Assembly: GCF_006345805.1 (NCBI RefSeq)
Contig: NC_042998.1
Coordinates: 112,530,001-112,594,000, forward strand
Direction: 5' to 3'
DNA length: 64,000 bases
Origin: Octopus sinensis
Lineage: Eukaryota
The notes under the pieces are model-generated. The model worked only from the letters and a program-made list of their open reading frames with translations, searched no databases and was not told the DNA's origin. Positions 1 through 14,020 of this stretch are shown here, one piece after another (within the stretch, counting starts at the first letter, position 1; each line of letters opens with the position of its first letter). The position numbers were made by a program, and so were the translations under genes.

Positions 1-94
1 AAGGCCTTAAGCCACCAGTTAATTACTTGTTATCAGCAAACAAAAATGAAAAAAATATCAGCGGACTTATAACGAGTAAATTGAGCATGCTTTG

Positions 95-99
95 GCTGC

Positions 100-188
<89 letters not shown>

Positions 189-200
189 CTGCTGTCGTCG
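95..200. repeat. Compound (GCT)n-(GAT)n trinucleotide microsatellite
   Basis: Read directly from the sequence. Confidence 0.95.
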
Positions 201-699
201 TAGTCACCGTCATCCTTGTCGTCGACGTTCTTGTTTATTATCGTCGTTGATGTTGCGGTTTAAAAATTATGGTTTTCATAAATAACATCAATACTACTTG
301 CATTGTAGTTTCCCAAAAGCTAGATGAGTGGTGTCATGAAGAAAATGATTACTTGACATTGCTGACGCCACTACAAATTATTCTTGTTTAAGGAATACTC
401 GTTTGTAATCATACTGTTTGCTACAAAATAATCTAGTTCTTAACTCTTTCTACTTCAATAAAATATTCATTTTTTTATGGCAAGAGAGTCTCTAATCGTT
501 TTCGCACGCAGCTGAAAAAGTAAGCTGTTTTAATATGCGCCATAAAAAATGATGTCCATGACGCCAGAAGTATAAAAGTGATTAAAAGCCTATAAAAACG
601 ACTCTATAAAAATTGAACAGCTATGCAAAATAAAATACAATCTATAGAAATATTTTAATTATCGACTGAACACAGCTTCATATCAATGTCGTTGAGTTA

Positions 700-1200
700 T
701 TTGAGGTGTTCTTCAAGTCCATCTGCTCTAGCAGATAAAGTCGTTAAGTTAGAGTAAGCATAGTTAATTCAGTAGCCATGAAAAATATAAAGAAAAATAT
801 TTTGTATGGTAAGGAAAAGACAGTATTGGCTAATATTATCTTTTCCTCATCGCATAATTATATTCTGCCAACAAATATGCGCATTCTGTACAAGCAGTTT
901 TGGTGGCATGTATTAAATTTCTTGTTATTTCTACTGCGAACGGTCAGTGCCTCTAGCATACAAAAAAGAAACTTAGCAGGAAACAGATTTAAAGGCCGTT
1001 AACTTGATTTAGAGAATAAGACCCAGACGTCCTTACCAAGTCTGGCAGAGATGATACTGGTTTTAGAAATTCTGCAGTTGGCTTCATCATCAATGACGAC
1101 GATTCTTGAGAGAGTGTTGCCAAAGTGTATACTACTACAGCGCAGATTCTAAAACTGGAAGTCTTATACATTGTCTTCGCCACCTTGGTTTCCGTCCAGA
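700..1200 (+). mobile_element. Highly decayed RTE-clade LINE, 3' part of ORF2
   Basis: Broken-frame peptides 'QFWWHV', 'RNRFKG' and 'ADSKTGSLIHCLRH' resemble the RTE motifs LRWxGHV, KRFKD and SRIGLISHLR. Many stops and indels. Confidence 0.35.
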
Positions 1201-1686
1201 ATTCTCTCAGAAAGCAAAGTTTTGGGATTTTTTCTGTTTTGCTGCCACTTTTCAATTTCCTCAATTTTTATCCAATTTGATGTATTGATGTGGTTTTTGT
1301 ATGCTAATTATTGACATGAAATTCGTTTTCGCCATAAATTAATAAATAAATAGTTAATACTTCTAAGGTTTGCAAATTTTGGGTAATTTAATCAATCGAA
1401 AGCCCCCGACATATAGGTGCCTGTTTGCAGAGTAACAAGTCAAGCGTAAGCACTCTTCTGTTTACGAAAAGCAAAATTTGCTATTTACACTTTTTTTCGA
1501 ACTGGACTACAGCGGGCTTATAACGAGTAAATGTGTTGTTTATTCTTATTTTTTCTCATCAAATGCATATTGAATGTTCAAAACTACAAAATATGTATCG
1601 TTTACTCATTTTTGGTCATTTTTCGCTTAATAAATGCTTAAAACACGTGCTATTGTTACACTGTTAGCATTATTGTTTTATCGTCT

Positions 1687-2053
1687 AAGGCGGCGAGCTG
1701 GCAGAAACGTTTGCACGCCGGGCGAAATGCGTAGCCGTATTTCGTCTGCCGTTACGTTCTGAGTTCAAATTCCGCCGAGGTCGACTTTGCCTTTCATCCT
1801 TTCGGGGTCGATAAATTAAGTACCAGTTACGCACTGGGGTCGATATAATCGACTTAATCCGTTTGTCTGTCCTTGTTTTTCCTCTCTGTGTTTAACCCCT
1901 TGTGGGTAGTAAAGAAATAGATATTCCGCGAGGTCGATTTTGCCTTTCAACCTTTCGGGGTCAATATTTTAAGTACCAGCGGCGTACCTTAGTCTATGTA
2001 ATCGACTGGCTCCCTCCCCCAATATTTCAGGCCTTGTGCCTATAGTAGAAAGT
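1687..2053 (+). mobile_element. tRNA-derived SINE family A (Deu/Nin-like core), dimeric copy with 18-bp TSD
   Basis: Head GGCGGCGAGCTGGCAGAA...GAGTTCAAATTCC contains a B-box. Core GCCTTTCATCCTTTCGGGGTCGATAAATTAAGTACC. Unit 1 ends ...GTAGTAAAGAAATAG (1920); unit 2 ends GGCCTTGTGCCTATAGTAGAAAG. TSD attattgtttt(a/g)tcgtct at 1669-1686 and 2054-2071. Confidence 0.9.
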
Positions 2054-2349
2054 ATTATTGTTTTGTCGTCTTACGATTGCAGTCACGCACAAAATGACAG
2101 CTTTCACATCCTGTTTCCTGACTGGGTAAAAACTATCAAACTTCAAACCTCTGTAACTTTTTTTTTAGATTTCTGGAACAAATGAATTAGACGCTGAGAA
2201 TTAGCGAGAAAAATTACATAAATACACCAAATTTGAAAATTTTTACTTAATTTAAAAATTTAAAAAAGTGCAACGAAACAAAATATCTAAATTTTCCATC
2301 AATGCAGTAGCGTATGATAAAACCAACTTTTGTGACTGAGACACACCAG

Positions 2350-3250
2350 TCTGAATAACTGACAACACCATGCTAAAAAGTGTGGATGCTAAAGATAACC
2401 TTGTTTAATAACGTTCGTGACCTAGGATGTCGTCGTCAGCTTTACATTATCAATTTACAAATATGCTTTCATGAAATGACCGTAACATGACAATAAATTT
2501 GACAACTGCACGTGGTGAAGATGCTTCAGAGCCCTTCACGACTGACACTTTTAGAAATAACGATGCTTCTTCCTACACTTTAGTCGACTTATTGCAATCG
2601 CCATGTTGACTGTATCGCAACTTCCACTAAATTCGTACTTACAGAAGGTCCTGTTGAAGGTGGACAACTAGCCCTTTCAAAATTGTTAAGATGAGATTCT
2701 TTCACAGATTGACAGTAGAGAAATTCCCTGATACCCTGGCAGTTTCTTTTTATCTTACTGAGTTGGATTATTGCGGTGTTCCAAATTCCGATGTAACATC
2801 ATTATAGCAACGGAATAGAAGGGCTTAGTGAGCTTCGAGGTAAGGCGAGGGCCGACAAACTTGTGCACCTCTTTTGGTTTGTTCTCAGATCCAGGGGTCT
2901 TGTCACTGGGAGAACACTTGTAACCGTCTTGATCCAACCCCTAGTAGAGATTTGAACAAGTAACATAATAGTCCTTGATTGTAGAAAGCGAGTTATTTCC
3001 TTATTCATAAATAGCAGTTGAAGATACTTGGAGATACTGCGAAAATGCTCTATCTTTCAGAAATCAGTTCCTTGTCAATCTGTCAATATTCGGCATTGGG
3101 AATAAACCAGGGTTGTAAGTAGCTCGCATGGCAACATAGAAAAATCTTGAACTTGTTACAGCCTGAATAAAATTGGTACTAATCTGCCTTTTTTACTCCA
3201 CAATGTGTCCTGTCTCAGCCGAAACTTTAGTTACGAGCTGCAATGAAAGC
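2350..3250 (-). mobile_element. Decayed RTE-clade LINE, reverse transcriptase region
   Basis: Minus-strand peptides 'KTPGSENKPKEVHKFVGPRLTSKLTKPF' (cf. KAPGxDGIPAEVYKxGGxxL), 'YQGISLLSICERI' (cf. NYRGISLLSIxGKI) and 'VSREGL'. Multiple stops. Confidence 0.7.
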
Positions 3251-3656
3251 AGCTCGCTGTATTATGTATTAACATATAACTATTGTTTTTTCATGCGAAT
3301 GATCTCTCTGGGTTTTTAATTTCAGTGAGGCATTTATTGTTCACGGAGTAGTATTTGGCAAAATATCGACATGAAATATATTCAGAAAGTTTAAATGAAA
3401 TATCTCATACAAAATGCATAGCCTGTTGTAACATTATTATAACTTAAGAAACTAATTAATATGTGATGGAAACGTATTTACTCATGCACTAGAGCAAGAA
3501 ATAAGCTTGACCTTTGATAATCAGCAATATTAATCAACAGGCAATCAGCTCTATTGATTTCTGAGTACGGAAGAAATTCTGAGTTATGTGGTGCATGCTT
3601 TTTCTCGTGTGTTTTAGTACTCCCTCTATTTCTTACCATCAGTCTCTTTTTCTCTC

Positions 3657-3692
<36 letters not shown>

Positions 3693-4094
3693 ATGTAACT
3701 AGCTTATCCTGAAATACAGGTTCTACTTAAACTTTAGGTAAAGTACTAGTTCACATGATATCAGGACATGCCCACACACCAATGGACCTTTGTGACACAT
3801 GTTTATGGGCCAGCCTTCCTTCGAGTCCTGTACACTTTTGCCACGGAACTATCTGCAATTTGACCCACAGCTAACCATTTTAATAAGTACTACCACCCCA
3901 GGCCAAGGCAAACCTTGAAGTATTGGTGAACATATGTTTTAGCAAAGTGTCTTAACAGCGTGAATGAATTAGTCACCGTTGGGCACTGAATTCTCATATC
4001 AGTGTCAGTTTGCTTAAGGATTACTTCCTAAATTATGGTACACACCCACAAGCAATATTATACATGCAGAAACAAAACGAAGACGCCTTAATAT

Positions 4095-4258
4095 GATCTG
4101 TAGACCTGCTGGAAATAGCAGCCGACTCCGTCTTAAAAATGGTATTAGATAATGCAGTTTTAGATACAGCTGAAAGACGATGGAATGGTAATTTTGGATA
4201 CGCATTATAAACAGGTTTGCTTGATCAAGGTTGATCTGGAACCTAAACAACAACAACG
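4095..4258 (+). repeat. Dispersed repeat family D (SINE or LINE-tail-like, (CAA)n tail)
   Basis: GACCTGCTGGAAATAGCAGCC...CTAAACAACAAC. Related copies at about 6145-6360(+), 8385-8540(+), 8870-9045(+), 22680-22915(-), 29390-29565(+), 30620-30770(+), 33590-33730(-), 48525-48700(-), 59730-59925(+), 60195-60340(+) and 62030-62690(+). Confidence 0.7.
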
Positions 4259-6144
4259 TACAGCTGTAATTTTGAAAATGTTTTATAATTTGCAAAATAC
4301 ATTATTTCGAAAGAGTATTTTGGCAACAGAACAATTGAGAATTCATTGCTCGACTAAAATATATCTCACTGCGCAGCACTTTGGACATGTTCTTTCTGGC
4401 ATAGCCTTGGTTCGTTTAAAACGTTCGAATGCAATTTTGTAGTCGGAAAATGTGTGTAAGTCTGTCAGAGGACTGCTCTTGATTTGCGATGATAGACCAT
4501 CTAATCCAATGCTCAGTTTAACACCAACACCAGGCCTACACACTATTGCAGGCATTCGTGCCAGGTCTTCGGCTCAATAATAACCGCTTTGTTTCTCTCA
4601 CTACTTCTCAAGGTTCGGAAGCCTTGTTATTGATGCTGCCTTGCTTGTTATGACAAAGTAAAAGTAAAAAAGAAAAAAAACAGATGGAAAGAAGAAAAAC
4701 GTGGATTTGTAATTCATAATTTTCCTTCTTGTAACAGTATACATGAATACATGAATGCTGGGTGGTGTTTGAATGCTAACTTGCTCTTTGAGTAATTAAC
4801 TAAACATGATTTCAGTAAGAGGTTACTCTATTCGGGCGGTACCAAGAAATGTATCATAGACCCAAGAGAAATATACTACAGAGATATACTATTGAAGTAA
4901 GTATAGATGATTTAGCAAAGGAGCTAGGTTCAGAAGAAATAATCACGAAGTTCCACAGAATGTTGCATTATGGAATTATAATAGTTGCAACGAAGTGTCA
5001 ATTACCAGTACCAAAATAATATAAAATAAAATAAACAGGAATTTTGAAGTAGAAAGACTATACAATTATTGCTTATTTCGATAAAGGTTTCATATATATA
5101 TACTTTTCAACATGTATTAGCTTGTTTTGTTGTTATTTTAATGGATATGTCAGAGAAGTGTAGCTCGCATGACCTTTTCAGAATATCTGTAACTCATAAA
5201 GACATGCAAGGTTATGCGGTGGTATTACTTCTGCACAATTCACGTTGCCCAAATTTCATCTATAGTTTGATGGAACCTAGGCTACAAGTGTCAGACACTT
5301 GCCATGGTGAGACACAGTAGGATTGAAACTAGAATCGTCATTAGAGTAATAAGTTTGTACTAACAAAATAGAGAAACCGGTTAATAGACTTGGTTGGCCA
5401 GAGGTTTACTTTTTCCTCAATGCTTGATGCCTATGGAAAAGCATAGATATAAACAGTAATTTGTAAGAGAAGCAGAGAAAAAAAAACTAAAATTTGCGAG
5501 AAAGATTCAAAACTGTAAAACAGAGAGAAAGTTAAATGGCAAATATTTCCTGTCAAATGAGGCGTAATACACAAGCAATGTCTAAATTTAAACTTGAAAA
5601 TTGATGGCTTGCTAATCCTAAAACAAATAGTTTCTTTACCCTTTGAATTCCACATGAGGAAACTTACGGCTATCTTATCTACAGAGTTGTTCCAACGTAT
5701 TAGATTGAATACAAGTAAAACATTATCAGTACTGGGGATGTAGGACAGGAATCAAATCTTTCTTTGTCAAAATGAAGCTGGAATATAACAAATCAGATTT
5801 GGGTTCCAGAAGGGGTTACTGTTCTGTAAATTTATATTCTGTAGTTTCCACCACACACCATGTCAAATGCTAAAATCAACACCAACACCGCCAATAGCAC
5901 TACCGCAACCGCCATTATCACAACCACTACCAACACCTAACAATTACTATAAACGTAACTACAACCAGCATCATCACAAGCGTTATCACCACAATCACCA
6001 GCACACCATAACCATCACAGACACAACTACCATCAACATCGTCATCAAACACAATACCACAACCACAACTACAACGACCACACGCTACCAGACCACTGTT
6101 GCCATCATCACCATCGCACAAGACTATTGTAACCATGAGTCAAC

Positions 6145-6360
6145 GAGGGAGTCCCTACTTGGTTGCTCGGGCTGCTCGAAATAGCAGCTAAATCTCTCTT
6201 GAATCATAGCTTACAGTCTTGGAAAAGAACACATTGGATTTTGTAGTCCTGGATTATCTTATCGTACACATAGTAAAAAGTTGGGATGGTCACGCCTGGA
6301 ACATCTTTGATCGTAGACCTTCTCGATCGAGGCAAACTGGAGTTAAACAACAATAACAAC
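6145..6360 (+). repeat. Dispersed repeat family D, best-preserved copy
   Basis: GCTCGAAATAGCAGCTAAATCTCTC...GGGATGGTCACGCCTGGAACATCTTTGATC...AAACAACAATAACAAC. Confidence 0.75.
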
Positions 6361-7002
6361 TATATAATTAACTACAGCCAACCACAATCTTCCATTTAAT
6401 TGCATTGTTGGAGATGCGAACATCTTAAAAAGTAAGACAACACCTTTCCAATGTATATTTTATTCCTAATTAAAGTAAAAATGTGTGCATTTTAGTTAAA
6501 TCAACTTTGAAGCAAAATGAATGCATCCACTCCCTTTTGTCACTTCACCACCTGTCAACACATTTTTTGTAATTATTGACAGAGTTGGGTAACGAAATTT
6601 ATAACATTCTAATCAGATTTAATCAAATAACTAAAGTTATTAGCTTTGCAAATCTTAACTCTTCTTGATCAACATGTCTTTTTTTTTCTTTTAATGTCAT
6701 CAGCTTAAATGACATAGTCAATTTAATTAGGTTCAACCTAATCAGCTTTGTCAAATTAATCGATTTAGTCAGATAATCAGAGAATTATTTCAACTTGATT
6801 GTTTTCAGAGACTAAACAAGTAAAAATCAAATTCATTTACAGCCAATTAATTAAATTGGAATATTTTTTATGTATTTCCATTATATTCAAATCTAAAATC
6901 TTAGAGAATTACTTGGTAAAAATTGCTGAACTATTTACTGCTGTACTGCGTTCTACCAATTGACTATTTGGGTTGATGGCAACAGAATCAACAGATACAA
7001 TT

Positions 7003-7190
7003 AACTCTTTCTACTATAGGCAAAAGGCCGGAAGTTCTGAAGGGAAAGGCTGATCGGTTACATCGACCCCAGTGTTTGACTGGTACATTATTTCGACCCC
7101 GAAATAATGAAAGGTAAAGCCGAACTTGGTGGAATTTGAACTCAGAAGAAATGCTGCAGAGCATTTTGTCCGGCGTGCCACCTTGCAGCC
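7003..7190 (-). mobile_element. SINE family A, decayed copy with tail type 1
   Basis: Reverse complement of the core (CGACCCC...GAAAGG...GAATTTGAACTCAG) and of the tail (TTTCTACTATAGGCA). Confidence 0.75.
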
Positions 7191-10100
7191 TTATCAACGG
7201 ATATATTAATAAAACACAGTTCAATTTGTAACGGAATCTATATGGAAGCAAGAGAGCAGAGAAAATATATTTTCATTATTTAGTTAGAAGACAGGACAAT
7301 ATTCATGGCCTTTATCGAGACCTTCGAGAACGATTGGAAAGAAAGAGGAAGCTATATTTTTAAGCCACAGACATGACCCGAATTCTTGCAACAGAGTGAA
7401 CTCTGCAAAAGGCACATTTTGCGTTAAACCTAGCGACTGATTAGATCATGGCAGGATTGAAACTCTAATAGATCATGGAAGGATTGAAACTCAAAACGCA
7501 AAAACCGAAACAAATATCGCAAATCAACCCTGTCTGATATTCAAACGGTTCTTCCAGTCTACCACCCAAGACTTGTAATTTCGTTCGGCCGCAGGAAAAA
7601 AGAAGCGCAAAGTTTGCCACTGCAAGATATGAAGACAAGACAGAAGAAACCATGATGAATACTGCAAGGGATTTCATTCGTTCGATGCTCTAGCGATTCT
7701 GCTAATTCGTCACCTTAAATTAGTCTATAAAGAAAGTAACAACACTACATCACTACTTTGTCTCTCTTCCTTGTTCAGACAATGGACAAGAGTCAAAACG
7801 TTAGATTATTCACACCTCATATCAACTGGTATACTGTTTTAAAATAACATTATTCATTGGTTTAATGTTCTCGTGTACTCAGTAAATTAGCATTTCTGTT
7901 TAAATTCTTTAGGTTCTACGTTTAATACATTCACCTCTACTTAACAGTTGATTCTTATGTAAATGACTTCTCTTCCTGATTTAATCTCAACGCTTTGTTC
8001 TCGATTATTTTGCGTAATATACTAATTACATTACCATAATCTTACATTGTGATTCCGTTATCACTACTCCAGTATGTATACTGAAGTCTCTGATCTACTG
8101 AAAGATTTAACAAGACCTAAAAATATCAGGACTAGTTTCTTGTTTTGCCAAAATTATTAAAATAATATTAGTCGTTGAGTTAATGATATCCTTTCTCCTC
8201 GGCATATTAATATTTCTAAATAGATGTTTCATGTTACGTATTAAATACTCTCATCGTCACTTGACCATAAAAAAATACTGTTGATCTATATCAGCTTGAG
8301 GTCGGAATTTAGTTCTAAATTAGAGGAATACATTTGAGTTATTTGCAGAATGAGCTAAAAGTTTTTCGACTGAACGACAAGGCTTCTACGTAGTCGCTCG
8401 ACATACTAGAAGTAGCTTCAGGATTTTTCTCAAATCGCGCCCTACATCTTAACAAATGTTAGATAATGCTGGATAATACTGTTAAAAGATACATTATGTC
8501 TAAAAAAAAAGACAGAATGATCGATTGTAGTTGTTGATCTATTCCATTCTACATACTTCTGTCGCTAAAGGAAAATTATTTCCTCTCGCTCGTAACAAAG
8601 GTGAAAATTTGAATTTTTTTCGATTCATGGGAATTGAAATGTGATTACGGTTTCTGAGTGTTCTAGAACGAATAAAACAGTCTTCCTTAGAAAATGAGAA
8701 CGAACCCAAGAGTTTGGATTCTTCCTGGTATTCAGACCATATAAACGAACCAAGAAGGAAGATTGTATGTGACTGATTCACCTTGTTAAAAATTGTAGCG
8801 AAATCCTCACATCACTCCCTGCCAGACTGAAATTGGAATAACCGTGATCGATAACACGGATATAAACCAACGAAGGTCGCTTGAAACAGTGACTAAATCT
8901 CTCTCATATCACAACCTAGCTTTTTACAAGAGAAGGACATAATTGACACTGTGGTCTTATATGTGGAATAAAGGCAAACTGTTTGCTGTTGAAATTATCT
9001 GATCAGAGTTCTGCTCACTTAAAACTGATTTGTGAGTAAACAACCGCGATATCAACATCGGATATGAGTACTCAGACTTCGGATCGACAACACAGTATCT
9101 ACCTCAGGTCAAAGTAAATGCCGCTTACATTATGCTGCTAATAGTTCTGGGCCTCCGTCTCCACTAAATTTTATGGTTTTTGAGATCTCTTCAAAACGAT
9201 TCAGTGCTGTAGACAGAATAGATGAACATGAAGGACATGAACGTCATACAAATTTATCAACCTTTCTCTATAACTTTAGGTGTTTGTCTCTATGAAAGTA
9301 ACATATGGACTCATCAAGAAAACACTCGGATGCAAGTAGTAACCTTCGGTAGAAGACAACCCATCTTCCAGTTTAGCACCACCACCTGACCTTTAAGTAT
9401 TTTTAGTGTAATCCACTCCATTGCAAGCTTTCTGATCAGTCTCTGAGCTGAGAATAAGTATCTCCCTCCCCTTGTTAGTCTCAGTGATCTTGAGAAATAT
9501 CCATAAGCTTCCATCCTCTTTCTGAACCATGGGGAGGCAATGTTGTCAATAAGCAAAATAAGGAAATATTGTATCGGTTCCTGCTTTTAGCCAATGCACT
9601 TCATTTACGTTATTTCTACTTTTAGTAAGAGCATGAATACCACAAAACATCATTTCCTTTTCTAAAATCGATAACCAATGTGTCTAGTTGCCTAGAAATC
9701 AATATTAGACACGTAGTAGTGTTATAAAACGCAAAAACAACTCAATCAATGATCATACGTTCCACAGCTGATATACATTCAAGCATCATTAAGCAAAAAT
9801 CATCTCATTATCGATTAGCAAATAAATTTAGGGTAATTGATTTTTTTATGACTTTTACAAATATTTTTGGTCTGCAGCAGAAAAGTAACATAGCCTAACC
9901 TTCTGGCTGTATATATTACACTACTATAAAAGATTTCTGAACTGCGATCTGTGAGTATAGTTCAATGACATAGTTTTCAGAACGGCCAAATCTTCGAAGT
10001 AACTACCAAAAATCCTCGTAAAGTCAACAGAGACCGTATACAACACATTTGTTTGGTTCATTTTCTTTTAATGTGCCGAAGCATAACACAATGTGTTTCT

Positions 10101-10300
10101 TTCTTCTAAACCCCATTGACTGTAAGATAGATTTACAGTAATTTTTCGTTCCGTCCGTCGTACAATATTCTTGTGATGGTCTCTTGACTTATTGCAGGAA
10201 GAAAAATTTCTCCGTAGTTTCCTCCTTCATTTCTGTCCCTTTCCTTTCATTTGAGTATCATTATGATGCTAGCATCTTTCCAATCCTGCGTTCCCATAAC

Positions 10301-10382
<82 letters not shown>

Positions 10383-11059
10383 TTATATATATCGGAGTTT
10401 TTCTTATCCATTTTTCCACGCATATTATGCTACTATTAACTTTTGTATGGTTTCCCACTTGCAAGGAAGTTTTGAAAACGCACCAGGAGTAGGTTCAGTA
10501 AAGGTTACCTATTTGTTTTTAAGAGAATTACTGGAAATCCATCAGGGGATGTTAGTGAGTTTAAGCCCCTTATATCTCCCTCTTCTATGTCGATATAATC
10601 GATGTTTATTGCTTTCCTACATAGAGAGCTAATATCAAAAAATACATTTGGCTTAATAATTAGCATATTTCCTTTCAGGAAAGGGAAAACATTTTACTTG
10701 TTCATTCGGTTTTTCACTTTTCCTTTTGGGGTCTGCAGTTAATAAGTTATATTCTTGAAACAGTGGCTCTCTGTTTTCTAATATACTAAAGCAGAAAGGT
10801 CAGGTAGAGATGCTATTCCGTGACATTCTAGAGAGAATGTGGCCTTCGAGCTATTTGACATTAAGAAGCTTAATGTAACCCATAAAAGAAAAAAATATTA
10901 ATGTGTGCTAACGTATCTCTATCTATTTATCTATCTATATATCTATATGCATACATACACACATGTTTTGTGCCTGAGAAAAATTGTCAAAAACACAGGA
11001 ACTCACTCAGAACACCGGGCATCCCTACCCTTGCTACCCTTGCACATATCGGAAGGTCG

Positions 11060-11329
11060 CCGGCCGATTCCCGACAGCGTGTTGTATCCTTGAGCAAGAC
11101 ACTTTATTTCGCGTTGTCGAAGTCCAATCCGCTGACAAAAATGAGTAGCACCTGTATTTCAAGGGAACCATTCTTTTCACATTCTGTGTCAAGCTGAATC
11201 TCCCTGAGGGCTGTATTAAGGGTATGCATGTCTGTCAAGTGCTCAACCACTTGCACATTAATTTCACGAGCATATTGTTCCGGTGATCGGATTAATTGGA
11301 ACCCTCATCGTTACAACCGATGGAGTGCC

Positions 11330-11330
<1 letters not shown>
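11060..11330 (+). mobile_element. SINE family C (MESC/Meta-like core)
   Basis: GTATCCTTGAGCAAGACACTTTATTTC...CTGACAAAAATGAGTA, shared with 26890-27186(-) and 29903-30155(+). Confidence 0.7.
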
Positions 11331-11369
<39 letters not shown>

Positions 11370-11667
11370 CTTCATCAGAGCCTTGAACATGAAGCGCACT
11401 TTATTTGGGTAAAGTTACACTTTCAGAACATATAAGCGTTATGAGTGAGGAGGTTTATGTTGATAGTTATGGAAAGTTCTACCCCAAGGTAGGAAAAACT
11501 GTGCAAATATAACTTTCCCAATTTATATTCAGAGCTCTGATGAAGCTAGAGGATGTAACAAACGAGTGACTAACGAATATATATTGCGTGTGTTTATTTG
11601 GAGAAAAAATGACCATCCGAAAATACAATAATATATACACACAGACACAGACACACACACACATATA

Positions 11668-11884
11668 CGAGGAGATGCCGAAAAGTTCCTGGCATTAAAG
11701 GTGTCGTGAAAGGCCTGGTTGGAGGCCCAACCTTCCGAATTCTATTACAGGGCTTAGAAAAACGGAAGGACCGCTGCAATAAGTGTGTAAATCTGAAAGG
11801 GGAACATATTGAATAAAATCATAATTAACTGATTCGCCTGTATTTTCTTTTACTGAAAGCCAATAACTTTTCATCACCCCCTCG
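11668..11884 (+). mobile_element. Internally deleted mariner (MITE-like, ~217 bp)
   Basis: Imperfect TIRs TA|CGAGGAGATGCCGAAAAGTT...AACTTTTCATCACCCCCTCG. The interior encodes a mariner C-terminus-like peptide (...RCNKCVNLKGEHIE*). Confidence 0.75.
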
Positions 11885-11919
11885 AATATACATACATACA
11901 CACACACACACATACACAA

Positions 11920-11972
<53 letters not shown>

Positions 11973-11991
11973 GACACAGACTCACACGCAC

Positions 11992-12050
<59 letters not shown>

Positions 12051-12269
12051 ATCGCAAATACTCTAGATACAGTTTAATTTAGCCAAGCCTATCGATTATA
12101 TAACGTAAGTTAATTATTTTTATAAAATATGAAAATATTTACATAAGCCAAAAGATAAATTTCCTACTGACAAGTAACATAAATAAATCTATTACCAGAT
12201 CAATTAATGGATAAAGTAATAGGAGGATGTTCAAAGTCAATACTAGATCTGAATTAGAAAAGGGTATTA

Positions 12270-12710
12270 ATATTGGTTTCAAATTTTGGCACAAGGTCAG
12301 TAATTTTGAGAAGTGGGTAAATCGATTAGATCGACCCCTGTGCTCTGCTGGTACTTATTTTATAGATCCAGAAAGGATGTAAGGTGAAGATGATTTCAGT
12401 AGAATTTTAACTTGGAATGTAAAGATGGGTGAAATGTCGCTAAGCATTTTGCCCGGCGTGAGAAAAAAGGGATATCAATATTGATAATAATCATGGGTTG
12501 GCGAGCTGGCAGAAATTTTAGCACGCAGGACGAAATACTTAGCGGAATTTCGTCCGCCGTTGCGTTCTGAGTTCAAATTCCGCCGAGGTCGACTTTGTCT
12601 TTTATCCTTTCGGGGTCAATAAAATAAGGACTAGTCGAGTACTTGGGTCGATGTAATCGACTTACCGCTCTCCCAAAACTGATGGCCTTGTGCGAACACT
12701 TGAAACCATT
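12270..12710. mobile_element. Two SINE family A copies head-to-head (12270-12460 minus, 12495-12710 plus)
   Basis: Core and tail-1 motifs are present in both orientations. Confidence 0.8.
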
Positions 12711-13223
12711 ATTAATAGTGCTCATAGGGTTAAATGTAGTTCGAAAGGAGAAAACAAGGCAAAGCAGCAGCCAATGAGAATGCTTGAATATTTACAGGTA
12801 GGTACAGCTGATATGTTCTTAAAGCTATTCATTCCCACTTTTGCTAATTAAGGGGACGTTAGCACAGAGAATTTCGAGTGCCTTGGCCGTACAAAAACTA
12901 CGAGCATATTTTATCCTACATATGTAGGATAAAATATGACCTTTCTTTAAACTATTCCAATTAGTTTCAAGAGCTTTGTATGCTTATTTCCAATCCTGAT
13001 ACTGAAGTAGCATTTTTGCTGAAGCTTTTCTAGAATTAGTCGGTATAGAGGAGAATCTTGATTGAAATTTTTTGCAATAAGTTCAATGAAAATTTTCTGG
13101 ACACTTTTCTGGCTGTCTGGTAAGAAGATTGATTCCCGTCCACATGGTTCCAGGTACAGTTCCACTGCATGGCACCATGAACAAGTATCTTCTATTACAC
13201 ACACACACACAACACACGCTTGC

Positions 13224-13315
<92 letters not shown>

Positions 13316-13426
13316 ACCTTCTGACTGTGCCGACTATTAAGGCCTCATCGTTATACATAAAATGCTCTTGCAAAAATGCTCAGTAGCAAAAATTTCAGAA
13401 AACGAGTGGCTATATTGTAATATAAT

Positions 13427-14020
13427 TTTGGCACAAGGCCAGCAATTTCGGGGCAGGGGGAAGTCAATTACATTGACCCCCAGTGCTCAACTGGTACTTA
13501 TTCTATCGACTCCGAAAGGATGAAAGTCAAACCCGATCTCGGCGAAATTTGAACTCAGAACAAAAAGACAGATGAAATGCCGCTAAACATTTTTCCCGGA
13601 GTGATAAAGATTCTTATTTCTTAATTGCCCACAAGGGGCTAAACATAGAAAGGACAAACAAGTGCAGACAAAGGTATTAAGTCGATTACATTGACCCCAG
13701 TGCGTAACTGGTACTTAATTTATCGACCCCGAAAGGATGAAAGGTAAACTCGACCTCGGCGGAATTTGAACTCAGAACGTAGCAGCAGACTAAATACCTA
13801 TTTCTTTACTACCCACAAGGGGCTAAACACAGAGGGGACAAACAAACGGATTAAGTCGATTACATTGATCCCAGTGTGTAACTGGTACTTATTTAATCAA
13901 CCCCGAAAGGATGAAAGGCAAAGTCGACCTCGGCGGAATTTGAACTCAGAACGTAACGGCAGACTAAATACGGCTACGCATTTCGCCCGGCGTGCTAACG
14001 TTTCTGCCAGCTCGCCGCCT
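13427..14020 (-). mobile_element. SINE family A trimer (two Tx1-like-tailed units, then one tail-1 unit)
   Basis: Three successive cores. Minus-strand junctions: ...AAAGAAATAG|GTATTT (~13797) and ...AAGAAATA|AGAATC (~13614). Confidence 0.85.

Noticed and set aside
1687-1780. tRNA genes suggested by A/B-box motifs here and in other SINE heads
   Set aside because: There is no complete cloverleaf, and each is followed by a SINE core and tail.
2643-2760. Minus-strand GTAAGT donor with an open frame upstream
   Set aside because: It lies inside the decayed RTE RT region and has no credible acceptor.
9314-9556. 80-aa minus-strand ORF in non-repetitive sequence
   Set aside because: Non-ATG start, no recognisable motif or splice sites; probably unclassifiable decayed element sequence.
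13427-14020. CRISPR-like repeat-spacer array
   Set aside because: The units are ~190-bp SINE monomers in a eukaryotic context, with no unique spacers or cas genes.
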